DNA of 41,161 bases from a virus (lineage: Duplodnaviria; Caudoviricetes). This document shows, piece after piece, positions 17,901-25,500 of the stretch. The notes below the pieces were generated by a model. That model saw only the letters and a program-made list of their open reading frames with translations. It had not been told where the DNA came from and did not search any database. Numbering within the stretch: position 1 is the first letter of the stretch; each line of letters begins with the position of its first letter. The position numbers and the translations under genes were made by a program. The DNA lies in the IMG/VR virus record IMGVR_UViG_3300032218_004113, positions 1 to 41,161 of that record. One strand, 5' to 3'.

Positions 17901-18021
17901 TGGCAATAGAATTAAAGACAATTTATATAATGCATATACTTTAAGTGGATATACTGGAATTGCTACGGGAACAATTTTAAGGAGGACCAATCCTTTAAAA
18001 TACTTAAACTATATTCCATAA
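5995..18021 (+). CDS. gp7: giant baseplate wedge initiator, gp7-like (4008 aa), with many inserted repeat domains
   Basis: Lies between gp6 and gp8; IKQAKDFYRSKGTDESFRILFKALYG and IQDSFYYQNFSYSLKS gp7-type motifs; multiple GxGY and HGF repeats. Confidence 0.85.
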   Translation: MTETRIKFSNIVQNQLPSYVREEFPLVSEFLSQYYISQEFKGAPVDLIQNIDSYIKIDEQTNQIESAILSSNISITDDVINVVFNGKISNGTYGFPDSYGLIQIDNEIITYTGKTDSSFTGCIRGFSGITSYNKQNHPDELVFSQSEVAEHASGATIINLSSLFLKEFLLKSKYQLTPGFENRTFSIDLNQSLFIKQAKDFYRSKGTDESFRILFKALYGENVSIIRPREFLFRPSDAHYDVTKDLVVESVSGDPLNLENSTLIQDSYGDITKAYAPIAKVEKIISGIGNTYYKLSLDAGYNRDIIVDGAVYGKFSIHPKTKLIGQVSVGTTVLSVDSTVGFPQSGELSVTYNDGSLGTVSYSSKSLTQFFGCSNLTATILDSSNIGINTFAYGMYEGQTIKVKVNCVLENLDIVDDTYYYSNGDIAEIKTLGVNPKDAVSNNWIFNIATSYDVASFNILDNSDNTYRIVTTNDHIFKIGDKIKVISESGVEKSASVIDITSPNSLTIRGQGELLENNYTIKRELLKVRSSTFPSTSTLNANVQNIYKIKDRTLVASPSLPYYNNQDLNISDKSVIFSGTFVGDTFKITSSTDHGFYTGDIVYYTPEKTTVSSTDTDGGTLKTSTISSSLFGEGIYYIKRIDSNNIKLSKSRSNINDSKFVSIDNATTVNRNKIELYKFKSKTLKSQKLLREITSSIIEGQLYPTKPGLTGILINGVEILNYKSTDTVSYGELESIEVLSPGSGYDIINPPTLNIDDLVGTGATGYCAVKGNLKEIRIVDPGFDYQDTPIIKITGGNGINAKASANMKLVTHQVNFNSQSNAGLVALGATLSTIGFTTYHKFANSERVIYKANGQKSVGGLSTDSSYYVSVQTPYAIKLHKTLDDSVSGINTIVLTSYGTGTHAIKSYNKKSILDSVNIINSGSGYENKTRTVSSSGISTSLDSIEIKNHDFKSGEIVSYTTDGTSIGGLSTNTNYYITKIDGDNFKLSQVGLGVTNQDFYYNTNQYIDLNSPGSGTHTFNYPEIAVEVLGNIGISSINNETFKAVVQPIFRGEITSIHLSAKGSEYGTSNILNYNRLPNVTLNSGSGGQLIPIISDGKIAEVLVNSKGNNYNSPPILTIIGDGSGAVITPIIQNGQIQSIKVIEGGTGYSSDTTSIKITPAGSFVKFLPKITTWNVNLFEKYFYNITSDDGFITEGINKEYELQYSHLYAPRRLREIIYSVDQSGKSLYGSSKVDLKKVNDIEVSSSDHSPIIGWAYDGNPIYGPYGYVTRQGGIVSQIKSGYTKFLKPNRPSLTEFPLGFFIEDYVYLKTSDETVLDENNGRFCVTPEFPNGTYAYFATINSLTDSSGVFAGYKRPTFPYLIGENYKSKPNEFNFKKSSNQEEIDLNKTNWSRNTSYYNLINKNASYDYLTIPNLLNQTSDIKYASPGFIENIGIVTGGNNYKVNDSVVFNESDTSGYNVNAKVSRLKGKSINSVSVATSTISNVEIYPTNNAGSVAIFAPNPHNYSNKDIIYMSGLSTTSTLIEGSYQIGISTINTLSLVTGVGTTGATGLVTYFSVGGNLNPSHIRENDILLIGTERVKILNIDTQSSRIRVLRSVNNSVGSAHTATEILYEDPRKLIANSGFKTSYDYKINKQIYFNPSESVGLGTISGVGFGTTIFFSNPGAGITQIFIPTKTIYIPNHQLETGDQLTYSSNGGNAIGVSTNGISTSVTLSNQSVVYVAKISNDLIGISNVKVGLGSTGTFVGIASTTSGLSTLYFTGIGSGTYHSFQTNYSVVTGKISKNLVTVSVAETHGLQNNDTVYIDINPAISTSIAVAYNDYNRKLLINPKTFSSVGIDTSLNSITIQNHGFINGQKVVHTSSSPAIGLQNNKIYHVVIVDSNTIKLSNTYYSAVSLQPEIVGITSSSSGTLSSVNPPIEVYKNSTVIFDLSDSSLSYINQANSYPAFSLEFYKDSNFTEVFDSTKENNIFEVQRFGSVGIDSTAKVVLSVNEYFPEKLYYTLVPVYNSTLPIEKEEVNIDSSVFSNNEIQVKVSDYNGEYPVTIASTTSFTYNLAKTPESVSYASSTSILNYDTNSLYAYGPISKVEIVNKGQNYYKLPSIIKVNSGVGTGALLEPSSKSIGKIKKTRIKDIGFDFPSDFTISPSASLPQIAKIEPLSSFESIGISSFGRGYNSAPKLLVFDGKTNQIVPEVDLRYNLGDTQVTILRNSYGLYNLTPTILPIQNSNGVGISSVGFNKTTNDVTITLSVGFSTADSFPFAINDKVLVENISIGVNSTARGYNSSDYGYQLFTINYVDANLGGNNATVRYSLNGFLNSGEEPGTYDSSNSSGRIVPQKYFPIFNPILKKNNFFIGENIKSNSANGSVGDWEPKVNHLKIRSKKDFVVGEIVEGLTSKTQGIISSINKFDSFFNLNSKSTVEKGWQNDAGFLNENSQRIQDSFYYQNFSYSLKSRVDYDTWKDVVGTLNHTLGFRKFADYQLESALSKSNANSMVVGLSTYLTSVEVINDIIGVVDLNCVYDFDLVSENALNIGSSTFSDEIKFSSRVLTDYFESVGNRVLSIDDISSQFNSNPRATRYSEVHRFDLTDARSQKYITYIRDKRYTGQRQIMLLTLLHDNSLGYINQYGRVESTYDQGSFDFAVEGSEGVILFYPTKYTVNDYDVTTLAYNLKDSLIGTGTSNFGGIVDIKTSSVSVSSGATTIVGIANTYTSAKVLVEIAGSNGDYQFDELSVLHDGTTVHYLDYGQLTTISQDIYSNSGLGTYYAYLSGSQLKIDFTPNVGIAATINTIQVAIGNTLSSGIGTFDMKHARLQATSTSIASSTSPVATVIAEYPGEYDCLYGILQVSDKTNNRHQLSEIIILDDETETYIAEYAHIETFAGLGTVGAATTSSTKLTFTPLPNINVEVKIFFNVLRSQDDDKDIVDFNNATIETNYGNYYGTDRDIKRAFDLAHEGYKIFQRFFDGSSSSIVNLSSNTISLPNHFFVTGEEVVYSNAGSGTTTAIGIATTTFVGIGSTDKLPSSVYVVKLNNNSIRLARSAEDALKSVPAVLDFTSVGIGTTHAFTSKNQNAKVIVAIDNLIQSPIVASAVTTTLAINAYTTDDLLYFTGITSFFGGDLIKIGSEIMKIDGVGIGSTNSVRVRRPWLGTIVAGYSTGTLVTKVLGNYNIVDNTLNFVEAPYGNIPLSTTTNPPDERDWLRISTSSSFQGRSFLRSGTQNTTNETYYKNYIFDDISSKFNATQRDFALKSNRSDVTGISAENAIILVNDIFQSPGLTAGYTLSESAGITTIRFVGTAVSSVYDVNTSNLPTGGIIVSVGSKEGFGYQPLVSAGGTAIISGLGTISSISIGNSGSGYRAGVQTVRVGVGTSSTAVPNIEFIGTATVSNGHIVSIAVTNPGTGYTSTNAPYVFIDAPLSYSNIPLVYSSSSASGLGTQAVIDIVVGQGSSIIDFEIKNTGYGYDIGQILTVPIGGLIGIPTTSSFSEFQISIQNTFSDKFTGWSIGELQLLDSIDSLFDGKKVVFPIKYQGNLVSILSSKGSNISVQDSLLVFINDVLQVPGKGYIFPGGSTITFTEPPKSGDVSKIIFYKGSGSVDVIERNILETVKIGDELTIGYDSSIGQNSTLQEESRTVTNINSTDLINTNPYFGPGNSGDETLLRPIVWCRQTEDKIVDEKGVGKDRILYEASIYPTSYLIQSVGIGSTIAFVQSIRPFFNAINENNTSLSFQKDITLISQDPKVAAAATAIVSAAGTISSIILSDGGVGYTNSPTIIIENPVGLGTTQRASAITSITSGIVTSISITGPGTGYVVSNPPVVLIESPTFQFENNTVISFEGDFGIISGISTTSVGVASTGIVFDFVIPKDSFLRNPSITGVTTISEIQTGYYFVINNSNVGKGLTSLNSLGTTVGVGSTFLDNVYQVASVSIAQTSVTGLGVTYVAKVTVSVSDYNGLTGIGFSNFYGEYSWGRVVLGNRIKDNLYNAYTLSGYTGIATGTILRRTNPLKYLNYIP

Positions 18022-18024
18022 ATA
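18018..18024 (+). promoter_or_regulatory. late promoter
   Basis: ATAAATA overlapping the gp7 stop, 17 nt before gp8 ATG. Confidence 0.75.
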
Positions 18025-18041
18025 GATAAAAAACTGATAAA

Positions 18042-19589
18042 ATGGCAGCAATTATAACTGACCAAATTAGAATATTGAATGCGAAAAACTTTGTGGCAGG
18101 TGTTACGAGTTCTTCAAATTCTTATTATTCTTTTATTGGACTACCAAATTCAACTGATATTCAATCTGATTGGGATGTAAATCCACCTTCACCAAAAGAC
18201 AATTTTGATGAAGAAAATAATTACTGGGATACAATGATTGCCTTAAAGAAAATAAATTCAAGTGATATAAGGCAGGTTGTTCAGAAAAGAATATGGTCAT
18301 CTGGAACAACCTATGACATGTATCGTCATGATTATAGTAGATCAAAAACTGCCAAAGTTTCGGGAGCAACTAATTTATATTCCGCATATTATTATGTGTT
18401 AAATAGCGATTATAAAGTTTATATCTGTCTCCAAAATGGAACAAATCCAGAAAATCCCAATGGAAGACCTTCTTTAGATGAACCAACATTCACAGATCTA
18501 GAACCAAGATCTGCTGGTTCTAGTGGTGATGGATATATTTGGAAATATCTTTATACAATTAAACCAAGTGATATCGTAAAATTTGAATCAACGGATTTTA
18601 TGCCAGTTCCTTCTGATTGGGAAACTGGTACTGATAATGCCTCAGTTAGAGATAATGCAGTTGATGGATCAATTAAAATCGTTACGATTACAAATAGGGG
18701 CGTTGGTTTAGGAACTGCGAATAGAACATATACAAGAGTTCCTATAAAGGGTGATGGTACAGGTGCAGAATGTACAATTGTAATCAATAATGATAGGGAG
18801 GTAGATTCAATTACAATTTCAAGTCAAGGATCTGGATATACTTATGGAAATGTTGATTTAGTTTCTGGGGGTGTTCCAACTGGATCAACTATACCTATAT
18901 TTAATGTCATTATTTCCCCTCAAGGAGGTCATGGTTATGACATTTATAGAGAACTTGGTGCATATAATGCTTTACTTTATTCAAGAATAGAGAATGATAT
19001 AGAAAATCCTGATTTTATTACAGGAAATCAAATTGCTAGAGTTGGTATTGTAAAAAATCCCAAGGCATTTGGCGGATCTTTATTAGGTTTGGATAAAGCA
19101 AGTGCTCTTTCTGCACTTAGATTAACTGGAACTGGTTATAGTTCTGCATCATTTACGGCAGATTCTTATATTACGCAAACAGTGGGGACTGGAATAACAG
19201 CAGTTGGTAGAGTTGTCAATTATGATAAAAATACTGGAGTATTAAAATATTGGCAAGATAGAACTTTTGCGGGATTTACTACAGCGGGTATTGGAATTAC
19301 GAATCCAACTTATGGATTTGATTTAACGGAATTTACGAGTTCTCCACTAACAGGTGGTAGTTTAGTTATTTCTGGAGGAAATATTTCTTTATCAATTAGT
19401 ACTTCATTTACTGGTGTATCGACGGTAATAAATAATAGGACCTACTATTTTGGTCAATCATTTACAAAAGGTATTTCTTCTCCCGAAGTTAAAAAATACA
19501 GTGGTAGCATCATTTATGTAGATAATAGACCATCGATTACTAGATCATCAAATCAAAAAGAAGATATCAAAGTCATTTTGCAGTTCTAA
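18042..19589 (+). CDS. gp8: baseplate wedge subunit gp8
   Basis: WSSGTTYDMY, YKVYICLQNG, DGYIWKYLYTI, GGHG, IYVDNRPSITRSSNQKEDIKVILQF. Confidence 0.93.
   Translation: MAAIITDQIRILNAKNFVAGVTSSSNSYYSFIGLPNSTDIQSDWDVNPPSPKDNFDEENNYWDTMIALKKINSSDIRQVVQKRIWSSGTTYDMYRHDYSRSKTAKVSGATNLYSAYYYVLNSDYKVYICLQNGTNPENPNGRPSLDEPTFTDLEPRSAGSSGDGYIWKYLYTIKPSDIVKFESTDFMPVPSDWETGTDNASVRDNAVDGSIKIVTITNRGVGLGTANRTYTRVPIKGDGTGAECTIVINNDREVDSITISSQGSGYTYGNVDLVSGGVPTGSTIPIFNVIISPQGGHGYDIYRELGAYNALLYSRIENDIENPDFITGNQIARVGIVKNPKAFGGSLLGLDKASALSALRLTGTGYSSASFTADSYITQTVGTGITAVGRVVNYDKNTGVLKYWQDRTFAGFTTAGIGITNPTYGFDLTEFTSSPLTGGSLVISGGNISLSISTSFTGVSTVINNRTYYFGQSFTKGISSPEVKKYSGSIIYVDNRPSITRSSNQKEDIKVILQF
19428..19434 (+). 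promoter_or_regulatory. possible internal late promoter inside gp8 serving the next gene
   Basis: ATAAATA about 160 nt upstream of ATG 19596; the gp8-VrlC gap (6 nt) has no room for a promoter. Confidence 0.4.
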
Positions 19590-19595
19590 CGAATT

Positions 19596-22500
19596 ATGTC
19601 TCAGCAAACCAATCTTAATGTAGCACCATATTTTGATGATTTTGACGCAAATAATGACTATTATAAAGTATTATTTAAACCTGGATACGCCGTACAGGCA
19701 AGAGAATTAACAACTCTTCAATCAATATTACAAAATCAAATTGAAAAATTTGGACAGCACTTTTTTAAAGAAGGTGCTAAAGTTATTCCCGGAAATACTG
19801 CTTACAATTCTTTTTACTATGCTGTAGAATTAAACAATACTTATTTGGGAGTTCCTGTGTCTGCATATGCAGATCAACTCGTAGGAGCAAAAATTACTGG
19901 ACAAACTTCCGGAGTTACTGCAGTAGTTGAAAAAATATTATCGCCAAATGAATCAGAAAGAGGAAATATAACCTTATATGTAAGTTACATTGGTTCTAGT
20001 ACTCAAAATAATTCAACTAAAGAATTTTCTGACGGAGAATCATTATCATCAAACACAACTATTACCTCAGGTCTTTTAGGAAATACAACTATTTCTGCAG
20101 GAACTCCATTTGCGATTACAGTTGCCAATAATGCAACTTCAACTGGATCAGCGTTCTCCATTACAGAAGGTGTTTACTTTATTCGTGGACAATTTGTAAA
20201 CGTAGTCTCTGAAACATTAATTCTCGATCAATATACAAATAAACCAAATTATAGGATAGGATTATTTGTCAATGAAGAAATTGTCAATGCAGATGCTGAT
20301 GAAGCATTGAATGATAATTCTCAAGGATTTAATAACTATTCAGCGCCAGGAGCAGATAGATTAAAAATATCAGTTTCTCTTTTCAAAAAAAGTTTAAATG
20401 ATTTTAATGATAATAATTTTGTAGAGTTAGCAACTATTAAAGATGGAGTTCTTAGGACATTAAAACAAACTGCAGATTATAATCTTATTGAAGATGAATT
20501 GGCAAGAAGAACATATTCAGAATCTGGCGATTATTATGTATCTCCTTTTGATGTTTCAGTAAAAGAATCTTTAAATGATGGATTAGGAAATCGTGGTATT
20601 TTTAATGCAGGACAATTTACTTATGCAGGATCTACTCCTTCGGATGATTTGGCAATATATCAAATTTCTCCAGGAAAGGCATTTGTAAAGGGATATGAAA
20701 TTGAGACAATTTCTCCAACATTTTTAGATTTACCAAAACCAAGAACAACAAAAACATTAGAAAATCAATCTATAAACTATAATACGGGCCCCACCCTAAA
20801 ATTGAATAGAGTTTATGGATCTCCAACAATTGGAATTGGAAATACCTATGTTTTAAGTTTGAGAGATCAGAGAGTAGGATCTGCACAAACAACTGCGCCA
20901 GGAAAAGAAATTGGTGTTGCAAGAGTTTATGATTTTAGATTAGAATCTGGATCTTATAGTACATCTAATGCAAATACCAACCAATGGAATATTTCTCTTT
21001 ATGATGTTCAAACTACAACTGAAATAACTGTAAATGAAGCAATTACTTTAGCAATTCCAACTTTTGTAAAGGGCAATTCTAGTGGAGCAACTGGATTTTT
21101 AAAAGATGCAGTTTCAAATTCAAAATCTTTAGTATTATACGAAACCAACGGCAATTTTGTACCTAATGAATCTCTCACTTTTAATGGAATTGCAAACGGA
21201 AGAGTTTCTACAGCAGTAACATCATATGGAATTTCTGATATCAAATCTGTTTATGGTATCGTAGGATCTGCATCTACATTTACTGCTGATACAATTCAAT
21301 CAACCGGATATACCATTGGAATAGCAACTATCAGTACTTATTCTGGTGGTATTAGTACCGTAACAAGTTCAAATACACAATTTCCCGGAAAAATTATTAA
21401 TCCAGGAAATTTAATTCAATATACTGACACTTCTCAACCATATAAAGTATTTGCAAGAGTAGTTAGTGTTGGATCAACAACGGTTACGGTTACGCAAGTA
21501 CAATCAGTATCTGGAATAACAAGCAGTATATTACCATCCAGTTCATTATCTGTAACAGATCTCCAAATTTTAACAACAGGTTTAGAATTTTCCACAGATA
21601 ATACACTTTATACAACATTACCAAAAAACAATATTTCCTCTATAGATTTAACTAATGCTTCTCTTACAATAAGAAAATCATTTACAGTTAATATTTCTGG
21701 AAATCAATTATCAACCCCAGTTAGTGCAGGCACTAACGAAACATTTCTACCTTTTGATGAAGAAAGATATTCATTAATTAGATCTGACGGAACAACTGAA
21801 GTACTAACCTCTGATAAATTTGCATTCATAAGTGGGTCAACCCAATTGCAAATTTATAATTTAGGTTCAAATAATACAGGCGCCACTTTAGTTGCCACTT
21901 TAACAAAATCCAAACCAAAGTCAAAAATCAAAAGAAAAAATAGAGTCAATTCAATTATAATTGATAAATCAATTTATTCATATTCAGGAACAGGAACCAC
22001 AACTGTTAATGATGGATTGGTATATGGAAATTATCCATATGGAACAAGAGTTCAGGACGAAAAAATATCATTGAATACTGCGGATATTATTAATATTCAT
22101 GGAATTTATGAATCTTTAGGTACATCTAATCCTTCAGCACCAACAATTGTATTATCATCAATTAGCGGTCCATCAACAAAAACAACAGATTTAATAATAG
22201 GCGAAAAATTTGTAGGTCAATCCAGCGGCGCGATTGGAATATATGCAGAAAGACTTACAGATTCTCAAATTTCATTTATTTTAAAAAATCAAAATGGATT
22301 TAAGGAAGGAGAAACTATTACATTTGAAGAATCTAAAGTTAGTGCAATTGTTACAACATTGAATTCTTCAAGTTCTAATGTTTCTTCCAACTTTACTTTT
22401 GGAAGTGGACAAAAAGGAACATTTTATGATTATGGATATATTACAAGAAAATCAAAAATTCAGGAACCTTCAAGAAAATTAAAAGTATATTTTACTAATG

Positions 22501-25500
22501 GTTATTACGAATCTTCAGATGATGGAGATATTACAACTGCAAACTCATATACCACGTTTGATTATTCAAAAGAAATTCAATCAATTGATGTATCAAGAAA
22601 TACTGATATAATTGATATTCGACCAAAAGTTTCCGATTATGTAGTAACAAGTGGAGCAAGATCGCCATTAGAATTTTATGGAAGAACATTTAATTCTTCT
22701 GGAAATTCTGCTGCAAATATTCTTGCATCAGATGAATCAATTATAGCAACATTCTCTTTCTATCTTGGAAGAATTGATAGAATATATCTTTCGAAAGATG
22801 GAAGATTTCAAATCAAGTTTGGAACGCCAGGAGAAAAACTCACTCGCCCAGATGTTATAGACGATTCATTAGAAGTTGCTGCCGTAACACTTCCCCCATA
22901 TCTTTATAATGCATCACAGGCTTCGATTGAATTCTTGCAGCATAAGAGATTTACGATGGCTGATATTAAAAAAATTGAGGACCGCGTTAAATCTTTAGAA
23001 TATTATACAACACTTTCACTTTTAGAAAGTAATACTTCAAATCTATTTGTTTCGGATGCTCAAGGTTTGAATAGATTTAAATCTGGATTTTTTGTTGATA
23101 ATTTTTCAACCTATTTACCTCAAGAAAATTCCGTTGAATTTAAAAATAGTATAGATCTCAAAAATAACGAATTAAGAGCAAGACATTATACAAATTCTAT
23201 TGATTTAATACCTGGACCAGTTACTAATGTAGATCCAACTGAGGATTTGGCATTTACTGCTGTTGAGGGTAATAATATTAGAAAAACGGGCGATATTATT
23301 ACTTTAGATTATGCCGAAGTTGAATGGTTAAAACAGACCTTTGCAACAAGAAAGGAAAGTGTTACGCCTTTCTTAATTAGTTTTTGGCAAGGATCTCTGG
23401 AATTAACTCCAGCATCAGATACTTGGGTAGATACTGTTAGATTGGATGCAAAAATTATTAATGTTGAAGGTAATTTTGATTCAACAATGCAACTTGCAGT
23501 TAGACAGTTTAATGTAGATCCACAAACTGGATTTGCACCTACCGTTTGGAATGCATGGGAGACTGTATGGACAGGATCAAGTTCAAGTTCAAGTACAAGT
23601 TCATGGACTGAAACATCCAGTTCTAGCAATAGTTGGACTACTGGCGGTTGGATAAATGGTGGAGAAGGGAGCGCACAGTTATGGACAGCAAATTCCACGA
23701 CAACTACAACTTTCCAAGAAACAACTACCACAACAACTTCATGGGGAACTTCATCAAGAACGGGAACAACAACATTTGTAACGGAACAGTTTGAAAATAC
23801 ATCTGTTGGAGACAGAGTTGTAAGTAGAAATATTGTCCCTTACATGAGATCCAGAAATATTGAATTTGTTTCTAAAAAAGTAAAACCATTAACACAACTT
23901 TATGCATTTTTTGATGGTGTCGATGTTACAAGATATTGTATACCAAAACTTCTTGAAATTAGTATGGTTTCTGGAACATTCCAGGTTGGAGAAAAAGTAA
24001 TTGGTACTTCCAGATTAACTGGACTTGGACCAAACTCACAAACCCTGAGCCCATCAATTACATTCAGAGTTGCTCAATCAAATCACAGAGAAGGTCCTTA
24101 TAATTTACCAACTATTACCTACCCACAAAACCCATATACAAATCAAGTACTACAACCAACTTATTCATCTACCTCCAATATTTTAAACGTTGATACTTTC
24201 TCATTAGCATCTCAATTCCAAGGCGAATATAGTGGATGGGTAGAAAGTGGCATGATCTTAGTTGGGCAAACAAGTGGCGCTCAAGCCACAATTACAAATG
24301 TAAGATTGATATCAGATTTATCAGCAACATTGATTGGCAGTTTCTTTATTCCAAATCCAAATATTTTAAATAATCCAAGATTTGCAACTGGAGATAAAGT
24401 TTTTACTTTGGTCAATAATAATCTGAACGACCAAAATGCCGCTACAACAATTGCTGAAGAAGGATTTATTTCCGATGGAACAATAGAAACTGTTCAAGAA
24501 AATATAGTTTCTGTTAGAAATGCAAGGATTCAAAATAAACAGGAATTTCAATCAATAGCAGTATCTTCATCATCATCATCTTCTTCTGGAGGAGCAATTG
24601 GTTCAAATACAACTACTACAATTAGCGATCCAACATGGTACGATCCTCTTGCACAATCTTTCACAGTTGAAGATGAAACGGGAATTTTCTTGACAAGGTG
24701 CGATGTATTCTTCTCATCAAAAGATGATAATGATATCCCAGTGACGTTCCAATTAAGAACGATGCAGAATGGATTTCCAACCCAGAAAGTTTTACCATTC
24801 TCCGAAATTACTTTAGATCCAGGACAAATTAACATTTCATCAGATTCTTCTATTGCAACATCATTTATATTCAAATCTCCAGTTTATCTTGAAGGAAATA
24901 CAGATTATTGTATTTGCCTTTCATCAAATTCAACCAAATATAGTGTTTATATTTCAAGAATTGGTGAAAATGATTTACTAACTCAAACTTATATTTCAAA
25001 TCAACCTTATCTTGGATCACTATTCAAGTCTCAGAATGCTGCTACTTGGGAAGCAAGTCAGTGGGAAGATATGAAATTTGTCCTTTATCGTGCAGATTTC
25101 TTATCATCTGGCAATGTGGAATATTATAGTCCAGAATTAACAGAGGGTAATGGACAAATACCCACATTACTTCCAAATTCATTAAATACAAATTCAAGAA
25201 GAATTAGAGTAGGTTTAGGATCTACTTTACAAGATAGTGGATTAACTCTTGGAAATACTGTTTCCCAATATGGTACAAATGCCACTGGGAATTATGTTGG
25301 TAGTGCTGGAGTTGCATATACTACACTCAATATAATCAATGCTGGCATAGGATATACACCATCCTCAGGTTCCCTAACATTTAATAATGTTAATTTGACA
25401 ACTATAACTGGTAATGGTAGAAATGCAACTGCAAATATTACAATCAGTAATGGCATAGCTATTGGAGCAACTATTTCAAATGGTGGTACGGGATATCAAA

